Origin: an uncultured delta proteobacterium
GTDB taxonomy: Bacteria > Desulfobacterota > Binatia > UBA9968
Assembly: GCA_963760795.1 (NCBI GenBank)
Contig: CAVXEP010000009.1
Location: 1 to 64,000 of the forward strand
Length of the DNA: 64,000 nucleotides
Reading direction: 5' to 3'
Below, piece by piece: positions 42,946 through 53,120 of the stretch. Position numbers and translations under genes: made by a program. How positions within the stretch are numbered: the first letter of the stretch is position 1; every line of letters begins with the position of its first letter. Under the pieces are notes generated by a model. That model saw only the letters and a program-made list of their open reading frames with translations. It searched no databases and was not told the DNA's origin.

Positions 42946-44994
42946 ATGAAATCCAAACTTTTCGATGCGCTAAAGTTGGCATTTTCTCGATTTCTCCTGG
43001 GAGCCTTAGGAATATGGTGCACCCTCGGCCCAATCCTGCTCATGAACGCATCCGAATCAGCGAGTCAGGAACTAAAGGTTCTGCTGGTTCTCTTACTTGC
43101 CCCATGTTACGCCATCGTGCTCGTCATCTGCTTGCGTGCCAAGTGGGACGCTCTTAGAGAGCTTGCGGAGGATACCAGGCTCGCCCTGTGCTTCATGCTC
43201 GCCGGCTTATTGTTAAGCGAAATGACCGGGATCTTCCTGGCAGCCAAACATAAGCTCGTGCCGGTGTATGTCTACGTCGGGTTTTTACTTACTGAAATCG
43301 CAAAACCAAGACGATTCATCAAAGCGTGCAGCGAATATTTACGCGCGCACTCGACCAGTTCTAATAGAGCCCCCATCAAGAACGCTCTCGCCGAACAGCA
43401 GTCGCAGGGAGAGCTGCCCATGCACATCGGCGGACTCGCGCACCAGAGCGCCGAGCATTGCGACCGGCCAGCGGATAGCCAAAGAACCTTAGCCGAATAC
43501 GAGCAGCAGGAGCGTAGTTTGATGAGTGCGCAAATAGAGATCCAGCAGCTGCGCGAAAGCATCGACAACCTCGGAAACCAGCTCCAAGCAAGCCAGGTCG
43601 AGTTCAAACAAGCGACGGTCAGATATCACGAAGCCGATGGTGTCAATGAGACGTTGCAACGCACGGTCGCGGCATTGAATCGAAATCTCGCGGAACGAGA
43701 TAACAGAATAGAAATACTCCAGAGCGCCGCACAAGACACGGCGAGAATGCAAATTGAAAATCAACAACTCCGCGTTGAAAACCAGGGATTGCACGAAGAA
43801 GTGACTAGCCAACGATTCCAACTCAATGCGCGAGAAACTCAGTTGCGGGAATTGGCCCGCCAGAATCTCGAGGGTGCCGATCGTTTCGAACGTCTTGAAA
43901 CGGAAGTCAACGACCTTCACCGGCGGCTCAACAACAACCAGTCAAAGGAACAAGAATTAGCAACCGCGCGCCAACAACTAACCAACCTCGAAGAACGCGA
44001 AAAGTATCATAGCAGGCAACTACCGCAGTTAGAGGCGCGACTCGCAGACATGGAGCGCGAAATCATAGACGCAAGAAACCAAGCCCAAGTGCTCGATGAT
44101 ACTCATCGGCGCTTGCACGATACCCAGCAAATCTGTCACGAACTGGCCGATGAGAATCGCCGACTATGGCAAGAAGTTTTGAGATGGCAGGAAAGCTTCG
44201 CTGTTAGCCTGGCAACTCGCGTGGCGACTGACTCCAATGACACAAAGCTTGTTCAAACCAGGGAAGATGGCGGCGCCGAATTATCCCCGGATAGGCACAG
44301 CTTATTGCCTGCCAATAGCGACGAATATATGCCAGCCGAAATTTCCGGCTGGGAAGTAAAATCGCCGAATAACCGCTTTCAGAGAACCGGCGGCGAGTAT
44401 CCGCAGCTTAGTTCTTTAGATTCGACTGCGGGTGTCTCCATGGAAACGGCAGAAGATACGAATTGGGGGGTCTTGAAGTCAGTCAAGCAACAATGGCACT
44501 TCGGAGCCCTTGCCGCCTCCGTGGTTGCGGTCGCTGGCGCAGTCGCCTTGGGAATGTTGGGAAACAGATTTTCACCGCCAAAAGAGGCGGCGGTTGCGAT
44601 CACAAGCGGCTCTCAGGAATATCCAGTGGAAGCTGCCTCGAAACCCCAAAGCGAACCTGAGCCGCAACTGCGAGGCACCTTTTCGCCAAAAAGCACCACC
44701 CTGGAATATCGGACTCAAGCTGTCGCAAAGCCCCAGAGCAAACCAGCGCCGCAACAACGTGGCGTCGTTCAAACGGTTCGTCCAACGCCAAGACGCGGGA
44801 CATTTGAAACCGTACTTGCAACCCAAGTTTACGACGGACCAAGTGAGAACGCAGCGCTGGTCGCCTCGATCCAGGCCGGGATGAAAGTCAATGTTGTAAA
44901 CTCTAGCCAAGGTTGGTTAGAGATTCGCTCCAGATACGGACGCCCGCCCGGCTTCATTCGTCAAGACACAGCGATCATGGTTGCCCAGAACTAA
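42946..44994 (+). CDS. Membrane-anchored long coiled-coil protein with C-terminal SH3b-like domain
   Basis: N-terminal hydrophobic helices, Q/E/L-rich coiled coil, one TM segment, then VYDGPS..GMKVNV..GWLEIRS..PGFI. Confidence 0.75.
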   Translation: MKSKLFDALKLAFSRFLLGALGIWCTLGPILLMNASESASQELKVLLVLLLAPCYAIVLVICLRAKWDALRELAEDTRLALCFMLAGLLLSEMTGIFLAAKHKLVPVYVYVGFLLTEIAKPRRFIKACSEYLRAHSTSSNRAPIKNALAEQQSQGELPMHIGGLAHQSAEHCDRPADSQRTLAEYEQQERSLMSAQIEIQQLRESIDNLGNQLQASQVEFKQATVRYHEADGVNETLQRTVAALNRNLAERDNRIEILQSAAQDTARMQIENQQLRVENQGLHEEVTSQRFQLNARETQLRELARQNLEGADRFERLETEVNDLHRRLNNNQSKEQELATARQQLTNLEEREKYHSRQLPQLEARLADMEREIIDARNQAQVLDDTHRRLHDTQQICHELADENRRLWQEVLRWQESFAVSLATRVATDSNDTKLVQTREDGGAELSPDRHSLLPANSDEYMPAEISGWEVKSPNNRFQRTGGEYPQLSSLDSTAGVSMETAEDTNWGVLKSVKQQWHFGALAASVVAVAGAVALGMLGNRFSPPKEAAVAITSGSQEYPVEAASKPQSEPEPQLRGTFSPKSTTLEYRTQAVAKPQSKPAPQQRGVVQTVRPTPRRGTFETVLATQVYDGPSENAALVASIQAGMKVNVVNSSQGWLEIRSRYGRPPGFIRQDTAIMVAQN

Positions 44995-45201
44995 CACGGG
45001 CACAGCAACAAAACCCAACTTCGGGCGTCGCGCGCGATTGCTTGGCCGTCAATCATGTAATGATCATGATCTACGCCGTCACTGATCTACCGCGAAACAG
45101 ACAGAAGAACATAATCAAGAGTCTTCACCTGATTGAAAGCTTTCCCGGCGTAAGGGCGCAGCATGCCGCGCCCTACCAAATACGCACCCTATTTGAAACG
45201 A

Positions 45202-46251
45202 TCACGAACCACTAAAACCATTCCTATTTCTTCTTCGGCAATAAGAATATCCTTCAGCCGCGCCACCGTCGCCGGTTTCAGATCGTAGAGACCGGACAAG
45301 CGTCTTGGCGATCGTCGGCCCGTCCACCGGACCGATGTCGAGCTGGGCTTTTTTAGCTTCGGCGACAAGATCGGCATCGCTAAAGGTTTTGATAAACGCT
45401 CGTTGCAGCAGCTCCAGCCGATCCTTGGCCATTCCTGGCGGTACCGAGAAGGGAAACTGCGCGCCGTGGACATCGTCGGCGATCTTGAGCAGCTCGCGCG
45501 ACTCTTCGGTCTTGGCGAAACTCATCGCCACCGGAATTTGTTTGTACTTGGGATTGGGCTTCAGCGTCGCTTGTAGCACCGGGATGATTTTCTTGCTGTC
45601 GTAAGCGCTGCGCCACACCGTCTCCACCGTCCCCCAGGAGCCGCAGTAACCGTCGACTTCGCCCGATTCCACGGCGAGACGCGCGTCCGCGCCGCCCTTG
45701 TAACCGTCGATCACGTCCATCGGCAGGTTGAGCGCGACTTTAAGCAATTTGGGAATGTCGGACGTACTGGTACCGGGACCGATGGTGGAAATTTTTTGCG
45801 GCCGTTTGGCGTTAACCCAATCGTCCATCTTGGTAATGCCGCTTTTCTGGTTGAAGGTGCACACGGTATCGTACTCGGATGGAATGCCGAGATAGCCGAA
45901 GCGCCTGCCGTCAAACTGCGCCGCCTCATTGCCCATGATATGCTGCAACACCAGCGGCGACGCCCAGGCGCCGATGGTCAAACCGTCGGGCTTGACGCGA
46001 TTGTACAGATGATTGGCCGCGATCATGCCGCCGGCGCCGGTCATGTTCTCGACGATGCGTGTGGGATTGCCCGGCAAGTAGCGGCCGATGTAACGCGCCA
46101 GCACCCGCGCATAGAGATCGAACGAGCCGCCCGGCGAGTAGCCGACGACGATCGTCAACGTCTTGTCCTTGTACTCCTGCGCTCCGACGGCTGACTGACT
46201 CGCAATCATAACAACGCCGGCCAGAGCCAGCGCGCGCGAACACTTGTTCAT
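45202..46251 (-). CDS. Bug/TctC tripartite tricarboxylate transporter substrate-binding protein (3' frameshift)
   Basis: Signal peptide, IVVGYSPGGSFD..VENMTGAGG..PDGLT..GYKGG..ESGEVDG. Confidence 0.9.
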   Translation of the reverse strand: MNKCSRALALAGVVMIASQSAVGAQEYKDKTLTIVVGYSPGGSFDLYARVLARYIGRYLPGNPTRIVENMTGAGGMIAANHLYNRVKPDGLTIGAWASPLVLQHIMGNEAAQFDGRRFGYLGIPSEYDTVCTFNQKSGITKMDDWVNAKRPQKISTIGPGTSTSDIPKLLKVALNLPMDVIDGYKGGADARLAVESGEVDGYCGSWGTVETVWRSAYDSKKIIPVLQATLKPNPKYKQIPVAMSFAKTEESRELLKIADDVHGAQFPFSVPPGMAKDRLELLQRAFIKTFSDADLVAEAKKAQLDIGPVDGPTIAKTLVRSLRSETGDGGAAEGYSYCRRRNRNGFSGS

Positions 46252-46413
46252 AAAATCTCCTCGTGATTAGAAACTTGGTGCTTCAGGTTCTTGTGTGGAT
46301 AAAGGCTCGCAACTAGCCAGGAGGGCGGGTTTAAAACCCGCCCCTACATTTCGGATTCATTCTTTGCGCTCTTTGCGTTCTTTGCGGCCATACTTCTTGA
46401 CGAGCCAGAAACT

Positions 46414-47016
46414 TTAACCGCGGCCGACGAACGGCATCGCTCTTTCCTCGGTGCGCTCGAGATATCTGACGAAGGTATATTTATTTTCGGCGAGATCGGT
46501 GTTGGGACGGGGAATCTCGCGATGCAGCAAGCTCTCTTCGACCTTGCAGACAAAAAAGCCCAACTCGTTTTTGCTCAACGCGTCGATACCCGATTTTTTG
46601 AAATCCTCGAAGTCACGGATGGTTTGCGCATTCTTGATCCCCGCGCCCTGGGCCATGGCCGCCAAATCCGTGTTGCCGGAGGTCGCGGTGGGATAGCTGA
46701 TGCGGCTGCCGCTGTAAACGCCGTTGTCGAAAACATAGACGACCAAGTTTTTCGGCTGCAAGTTACCCAGCGTCGCCAAGTTGAATAAGGAAAGCAGCAC
46801 GCTGCCGTCGGAATCGAGGGCGATCACTTTCCGGTGCGGCAGCGCCAACGCCAACCCGGTGGCCACGCCGATGGCGCAGCCCATCATGCCGACCAGCAGG
46901 TTGCCCTCATGACGCGACAGGTGCGACCACTCGATGCGCTGGCCGCTTTGCGAGGTCACGACCAATTGATCGGTCATCTTAGTGGCCAAGAGCTGCAAAC
47001 ATTCGTAGCGAATCAT
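46414..47016 (-). CDS. TPP-dependent decarboxylase beta subunit (ComE-like)
   Basis: GMMG..GLALA..DSDGS..FDNGVY. Confidence 0.85.
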   Translation of the reverse strand: MIRYECLQLLATKMTDQLVVTSQSGQRIEWSHLSRHEGNLLVGMMGCAIGVATGLALALPHRKVIALDSDGSVLLSLFNLATLGNLQPKNLVVYVFDNGVYSGSRISYPTATSGNTDLAAMAQGAGIKNAQTIRDFEDFKKSGIDALSKNELGFFVCKVEESLLHREIPRPNTDLAENKYTFVRYLERTEERAMPFVGRG

Positions 47017-47519
47017 TCGGAAAACTCCCCGGCGAACAGCAACGCGTAGGGACCGCGCAAAGCATTTGCCGCGCGCACCGCGTCTTTGATTTTGATCTCA
47101 AGCTTCGCGCCGTCTTCGATCAACGTATGCTCGACGCCCAAGCCGTCGAGCACCGGAATCGAGTGCTTACCGATGGTCGCGTAGAGAAAACTATTGCGCC
47201 AATCCGGCACGCCGCCGAGGTAGGCGATCACCAACAGCAACGGCACGCCGAGTTGCTTGCCCACCGTCAGTAAACTGTAACAGGACGTATAGATGCCGGT
47301 GTTTTCCATATACACCGCGGCCTGTTTGCCACCGAGCGTCGCCCCGGCGGCGATGGTGATCGCCTCTGATTCGTTGGCCACCGCGATCAGTTCCATGTCC
47401 GGGTCATCGCGAATCAGCGGCACGATCTGGCTCAACCGGGTTTCCGGCAAATAGGTTACGAAATTAATCCCAGCGTCTTTGAGACTCTGAACCAGTCTCT
47501 TGGCGAGTTCGTCTTTCAT
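47013..47519 (-). CDS. TPP-dependent decarboxylase alpha subunit (ComD-like)
   Basis: YLPET..ANESEAITIAAGA..MENTG. Confidence 0.85.
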   Translation of the reverse strand: MKDELAKRLVQSLKDAGINFVTYLPETRLSQIVPLIRDDPDMELIAVANESEAITIAAGATLGGKQAAVYMENTGIYTSCYSLLTVGKQLGVPLLLVIAYLGGVPDWRNSFLYATIGKHSIPVLDGLGVEHTLIEDGAKLEIKIKDAVRAANALRGPYALLFAGEFSE

Positions 47520-47662
47520 ACTTGGTAGTTTGAATTAGCAGGGAAAATCGCCAGTCGCAATGGGAAATGAACCAGGAGGGCAACCACAGGGGGTTGCCCC
47601 GACAAATTCCGAATTCGTTTTGCGTTCTTTGCGGTTAACACTCCGAATCCGAATCATCTCTT

Positions 47663-49929
47663 TTATGTGATCCTTATGCCCTTTGTGGTTAAATCATCCG
47701 AAGATTCTTTCAGCGCCGTCAATACCTTCTCCGCCGTGATCGGCAGATCGTAAATCCGCACACCCATCGCATCGTGAACCGCATTGGCGATGGCCGCCGC
47801 CGCCACCAGCACCGGCGGCTCGCCGATGCTCATGCCGCCATAGGGGCCGTTGCCGACGGGAAATTCCTGAATGACAGTCTTAAGCGGTGGGATGTCACGG
47901 ATCGACGGAATCTTGCTCTCGCCAAAGTTCGTCGTGATGACTTTACCCTGATCAATGATCAACTGCTCCATCAGCGCATAGCCGATCGCCGTTACGACGC
48001 CGCCGTCGATCTGCCCTTGGTGCATCAGCGGATTGATGATCGTGCCGGTGCTATGTGCGGTGGTAAAGTGTTTCACTGCCACCTGGCCGGTCTCACGGTC
48101 GACCTCGACTTCGGCAACTTGCACGACCATAGCGGCTGCGGGACCGTTAGCGAAATTTTTGTACGCACCTTCGCAGCGAACCTCGCCGCCGAGCCGTTCG
48201 ACGATGCGCGCCGTAAGAGACCGGTTTGCCGCTGCGGGCTGCGAATCGATCCGCTGCCAGTGAAGGAAAGCTCATCCACCGGCACACCGAGGATTCGCGC
48301 TCGCGCCCTGCAACAACTTCTCTTTGACTTGAAGCGCCGCGGCATGGGTTGCATTGCCGAATATCCGCGTCGCCCTGCTGGCGCCGACACCGGTATCCGC
48401 GGCGGCGCCACTGGTGTCGAGAATTTGACAACGAACTTGCTCCACCGGCACCTGCAGCTCATTGGCGGCGATCTGCCGCATCGCCGTGTAGGTGCCCGCT
48501 CCCTGGTCGACCATGGCGGTCGACACTGTGATGACACCGCCAGCATCCACCGTCACGAAGGCATGCCCTTCGCCGCCCAACGGCAGCCATTGCGCCAGCG
48601 CCAAGCCGCGGCCGATATATTTTCGTTTTGGCTTACTGTAGCCCGACGCCGCCAGCGCCTGCGCCAAGGTCTCCTCGCTCTTGATATGCGGCAGCGCGTG
48701 GCCGATGGGCGAGACATCGCCGTCATGCATGAGATTTTTCCGTCGAAATGCGATCGGGTCCATGCCCAGCCGCCGCGCCACCAGATCCATCTGCGATTCG
48801 TTGGCGAAAAAGCCCTGCGGCTCGCCCGGCGCGCGCATATGGCCGCAGGGGATTTTATTGGTGTAAACGATTTTCTCGTTGATATGGACGTTGGGGATCT
48901 TGTACGGCCCGGCCGCTTCCTTGGGTCCGACTAAGTATCCTTGCGGTTTGAACGCGCCATAGGCGCCGCTATCGTAGACATAGTCCATGCGGTGCGCGAT
49001 CAGCCGGCCATCTCTGCTTCACGCCGGTCTTCACTTCGATCACCGCGGCGTGGCGTGGATTGCCGGCGATGAACTCCTCCGCATAATCCATCACCATCTT
49101 CACCGGCCGGCCGCTCTTGAGCGACAGTAAATAGCACACCGGCACGTCCATGAAGTCGCCCTTGCCGCCGAAGCAGCCGCCGATGTAACTGGGGTGCATG
49201 AGAAAATCGCCCACCGGCCGGCGAAACGCCGTGGCGACTTGCTCGCGCAGCGCAAAGGGCACTTTCGAACAAGCCCAGACATCGGCGCCGCCCGCGCTAT
49301 GCGCCTGCACGACGCAAGAATGGGGCTCGATGTAAGCCTGATGCATCGGCTGGGTGGTGAAAGTGTTTTCGATGATCAAGTCAGCGTCGCGGAACCCCGC
49401 TTCGACATCGCCCTTGGTCCAGGTCAGATCGACGAAGACATTGCTTGGCGTCGTGATTTCGTGCAGCAAGCCTCGGTAGTTTTGCACGTCGGGATGCAGC
49501 ACCGTCGCGCCCGGCTGAAGCGCTGCCAGCGGATCGAGGAGCGCGTCTAACTCTTCATAATGAACATCGATCAATTCGGTCGCCGCCTCGGCGATCTCCT
49601 CGGTCTCCGCCGCGACCACCGCGACTTTCTCGCCGATGAAGCGCACCACCTCGTCTGGAAGAACCGGCATGTCGTAGATTTTGCGCCCGATCAGTTGGCC
49701 TTTGACATCGGCGCCGGTAACCACGCCGTGAACACCCGGCAGCGCCAGCGCTTTGCTGACATCGATCTTTACTGATCCGCCCGTAAGCGATTGGGCTGCG
49801 CAGCGCTTTCGCCCAGAGCATGTTGGGGAGGACTACGTCGGTGGCATAGATCGCCGCGCCGGAAACTTTTTCGCGGCCTTCGGATCTTGGCGTCGGCACT
49901 CCAATAATCTTGCGCGGGTTCACTGCCAC
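47663..49929 (-). CDS. Xanthine dehydrogenase/CoxL-family molybdopterin-binding subunit, split by several frameshifts
   Basis: KVSGAAIYATD, HQAYIEPH, GGCFGGK, MRAPG, DQGAG, GQIDGG, IGEPP across five abutting ORFs. Confidence 0.88.
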
Positions 49930-49935
49930 GAAAAA

Positions 49936-50535
49936 CTAACCCCGTCCCTTGAATATCGCCTTGCCTTCGGTGCGCTCCAGATAGCGGACAAACTGATATT
50001 TATTTTCCAGCAGATCGACGGTGGTTCTCTCGATCTCGCGGTGACCGCGGCTCTCTTCCACCTTGGCGACGACAAATCTGAGCCCAGCTACGCCGATCGC
50101 TCCGGCTGCTTTACTCTTGAACTCAACGACATCGCGCACGGTGACCGCGTTTTCGATTCCCGCGCTGCGCGCCATTCCCGCCAAGTCGGTCTTGCCCGCC
50201 GTCGCCGTGGGTTCACTAATCTTGGTCCCGCTATAAGCCTGATTATCGAATACGAAGACGGCAAGATTCGCCGGGTTCATCTTCGCCACCGTCGGCAGGT
50301 TGAACAGCGACAGCAGCAAGCTGCCGTCGGATTCGAGCACGATGACTTTTCTATTCGGCAGCGCCAGCGCCAGTCCCAATCCGACCGCAAGCGCGTTGCC
50401 CATCGACCCCAGCAGTAAATTTCCCTCATGCTTGGACAAATGGCCCCATTCAACCCGCTGGCCGCTCAGCGACGTGACCACAAGTTGGTCGGTGATTAAC
50501 GGAGCTAACTGCTCGAGACATTCGTAACGCTGCAT
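49936..50535 (-). CDS. TPP-dependent decarboxylase beta subunit (ComE-like), second copy
   Basis: GSMG..ESDGS..FDNQAY, a clear paralogue of 46414-47016. Confidence 0.85.
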   Translation of the reverse strand: MQRYECLEQLAPLITDQLVVTSLSGQRVEWGHLSKHEGNLLLGSMGNALAVGLGLALALPNRKVIVLESDGSLLLSLFNLPTVAKMNPANLAVFVFDNQAYSGTKISEPTATAGKTDLAGMARSAGIENAVTVRDVVEFKSKAAGAIGVAGLRFVVAKVEESRGHREIERTTVDLLENKYQFVRYLERTEGKAIFKGRG

Positions 50536-50541
50536 GGTTGC

Positions 50542-51520
50542 CTAATCTCTGGGCGTCTCGCCCATTTCTCTGAGAATTTCCCGGACAATGCTGAAATCGA
50601 ATACCTCGTCCAACGACACTTCGCGTTTGAGATCGATGTTAAGCTTGGTGCTGTGAATGACTTTCTCCAAGGCATCCCGCGGCGCCAGCAAGTTACGGCT
50701 AAAATTTGCCGACGACGATAGATATCCCTGCTCCGCCACCGCCAAGGACGTGCGTCCCCAACGCTGGAGAATATCGACGGCGCCCTTCTTGTCGTCGAGA
50801 ATGAATCGGTTGGCCCTGAGCAGCGCGCGCAGCACGCGCTTCACTTCACCGCGATGATTCTTCAGCTTCTGTTCGTGCAGGCCGACGCCATTGACGGGGA
50901 AGATCAGAATATCGCGAGTCCGCACCAAACTCTTGAAACCGCGCGACTCGGCGATCGCATCCGACGGCGGCGCCACCACCGCGGCGTCGACCAGGCCGGA
51001 CTCCAACTGGGCCAGCCGTCCGGAACCGCCGCCTGCCGCGATGAACTGGACATCTTTGCTGGGATTGAGCTTGAAATGTTCCACCGTCAGGCGCGCCAAG
51101 ATATCCGTCGCCGAGCCGAAGGAACTCACCGCGATCTTTTTCCCTTTGAGATCGGCAAACCGGGTGATTTTCGGATTGACGACGACGACGTGATTGGGCC
51201 GCTCGATCAAAATCCCCGCGACCTTGATCGGCAATCCGCGCAGATTACCCGTGACCACGGATTGCAGAATCAGATTGTAATCGACATTGCCCGCCGGCCA
51301 GCGCGGCAATCGATACGTTGGCGCTGATCTGCACCAGCTCCGCATCCAACCCTTCCTCTTTGAAAAAGCCCTTGAACTTGGCCACGCCGCCGCTGAGAAA
51401 CGACATGTCGGGGTTGGAGACGGCGATGCTGATCTTCTGCGCCTGCGCCGAAGAGAGAAACAGCGAAAAGGACATCATCGCAACCGCGATCACCAATCGC
51501 ATCTTGTCAGCATGTTTCAT
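50542..51520 (-). CDS. NMT1/THI5 (SsuA-like) substrate-binding protein, frameshift near 51295
   Basis: Signal peptide, GFFKEEGLDAELV, DLKGKKIAVSSFGS. Confidence 0.85.
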
Positions 51521-51557
51521 CTTGCTGCTAACTCCTTACCCTTCACCCCTTACCTCC

Positions 51558-52064
51558 TCAAATCGTAAACTCACCGGTAAACAGCAGCGCCACCGGCTGC
51601 TTCAGTCCATGCATCAGCCGCACCGCGTTCTTGATATGAGTTTCGATGCCCGTGGCTTCCTTGACGATTTCGTACTGGATTCCCAACGCCTCGAGTTGCG
51701 GCACCATATGGGTGCCGTAATGCGAGTAAAGAAATGTGCCGCGCCGGTCGTCCATGCCGCCGATATAGCTGATCAGCAATAGCATCGGCACGCCATAGCG
51801 CTCCCCGAGGGTCAGTAAATTGTACGACGAGACAAACAGGCCGGTGCCTTCCATGTACAGCGCCGGCTGCTTGCCGCCGAGGGAAGCGCCCGCGGCGATG
51901 CCGACCGCTTCCGCTTCGCTGGCCACCGGCACGAGCATGAACGAATTGTCCGCTTTCAAGACCGGCAGGATCTCGCTCAACCGCGTCTCAGGGAGATACG
52001 CGACGAAGTCGATGCCGGCTTGCTTGAGTCCGGCGACAACTTTGTTGGCAGCTTCAGGCGTCAA
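51558..52064 (-). CDS. TPP-dependent decarboxylase alpha subunit (ComD-like), second copy
   Basis: YLPET..ASEAEAVGIAAGA..MEGTG. Confidence 0.85.
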   Translation of the reverse strand: MTPEAANKVVAGLKQAGIDFVAYLPETRLSEILPVLKADNSFMLVPVASEAEAVGIAAGASLGGKQPALYMEGTGLFVSSYNLLTLGERYGVPMLLLISYIGGMDDRRGTFLYSHYGTHMVPQLEALGIQYEIVKEATGIETHIKNAVRLMHGLKQPVALLFTGEFTI

Positions 52065-52076
52065 ATTCGCCTCGCC

Positions 52077-52967
52077 TCACTGACCGAGAATGCCGTTGTC
52101 GCGCAGCTCGCGCTCCAGTTTGGCGATCTCGTCCTTGGGCATCTGCTCGGTTTCCCACTTGGGGAAACGTTTCACCGCGAAACCGCGCATGCGATAGACT
52201 TCTTGCAGCGGCACCCGGCCCCATTTGCGCAAGCGCGCGGCGACGATGCGCGCCGCGGTATCGACCTTCTGCTGCGCCGCGACTGCGCCGGCATAGTCCT
52301 GGCTATCGAGTTTCTTGAATAAGTCGACGCAGATTTCCGGCGCGAAACTGGTCGGTGGGTTGATCATGCCGGCGACGCCAAACGGCACCAGGCCAAACAG
52401 ATCGGCATTGCCGGTAAAGACCGAAACATCCGGCAGCAAGCGCACGTATTCGAGTAGTGCGCCTTGGCCGTACGCGACTTTGATGCCCTGCAATGCCGGC
52501 ACCTGCTCTTTCATGCGCACGGCGAAGCCCGGCGGGATCGAGATGCCGGAGTATTTCGGATTCTCGTAAATATAGATCGGCAGCGGCATCGCTTTATGCA
52601 CCGCTTTGTAGTGCGCCATGATTTCGAACTCGGTGTGATCGGAATAATAATACGGCGGCACGATCGCCACCGCGTCGGCGCCATGAGCCGCGGCATGCTC
52701 GGCCAGCTCCACCGCGCTGCCGGCGTCGGCGGTGCCGACATGAATCACCACCGGCACGCGCTTCTTGGCCTGATCCAACGCGATCGCCGCGGTCTGCTTG
52801 CGCTCCTCCGTCGTCATGGCCGGCCCCTGGCCGGTGGAGCCCAACACGAACAAACCTTGCACGCCCGCTTTGATGTGAAAATCGACCAACTGGCGCATCA
52901 TCTGCTCATCGACACGAACCTTGTCATCGAACGGCGTGATGATCGGTAACAAAACTCCACGAATCAT
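52077..52967 (-). CDS. DapA/NAL-family class I aldolase
   Basis: PIITPF, GSTGQG, PPYY, Schiff-base lysine in GIKV. Confidence 0.9.
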   Translation of the reverse strand: MIRGVLLPIITPFDDKVRVDEQMMRQLVDFHIKAGVQGLFVLGSTGQGPAMTTEERKQTAAIALDQAKKRVPVVIHVGTADAGSAVELAEHAAAHGADAVAIVPPYYYSDHTEFEIMAHYKAVHKAMPLPIYIYENPKYSGISIPPGFAVRMKEQVPALQGIKVAYGQGALLEYVRLLPDVSVFTGNADLFGLVPFGVAGMINPPTSFAPEICVDLFKKLDSQDYAGAVAAQQKVDTAARIVAARLRKWGRVPLQEVYRMRGFAVKRFPKWETEQMPKDEIAKLERELRDNGILGQ

Positions 52968-53120
52968 GTTTTCCTCCTAGTGCAATGAACAACTCTTAGT
53001 GAGTCTCCCGAGTCTCTTACCCCCTCGCCCTCTGGGAGAGCTGGGGTGAGGGCAAAGGCGACCGCCGGTCGCCCCTACAAGGCAACCTCATCCTTTTACC
53101 TAATTATCCATTTTCAATTT

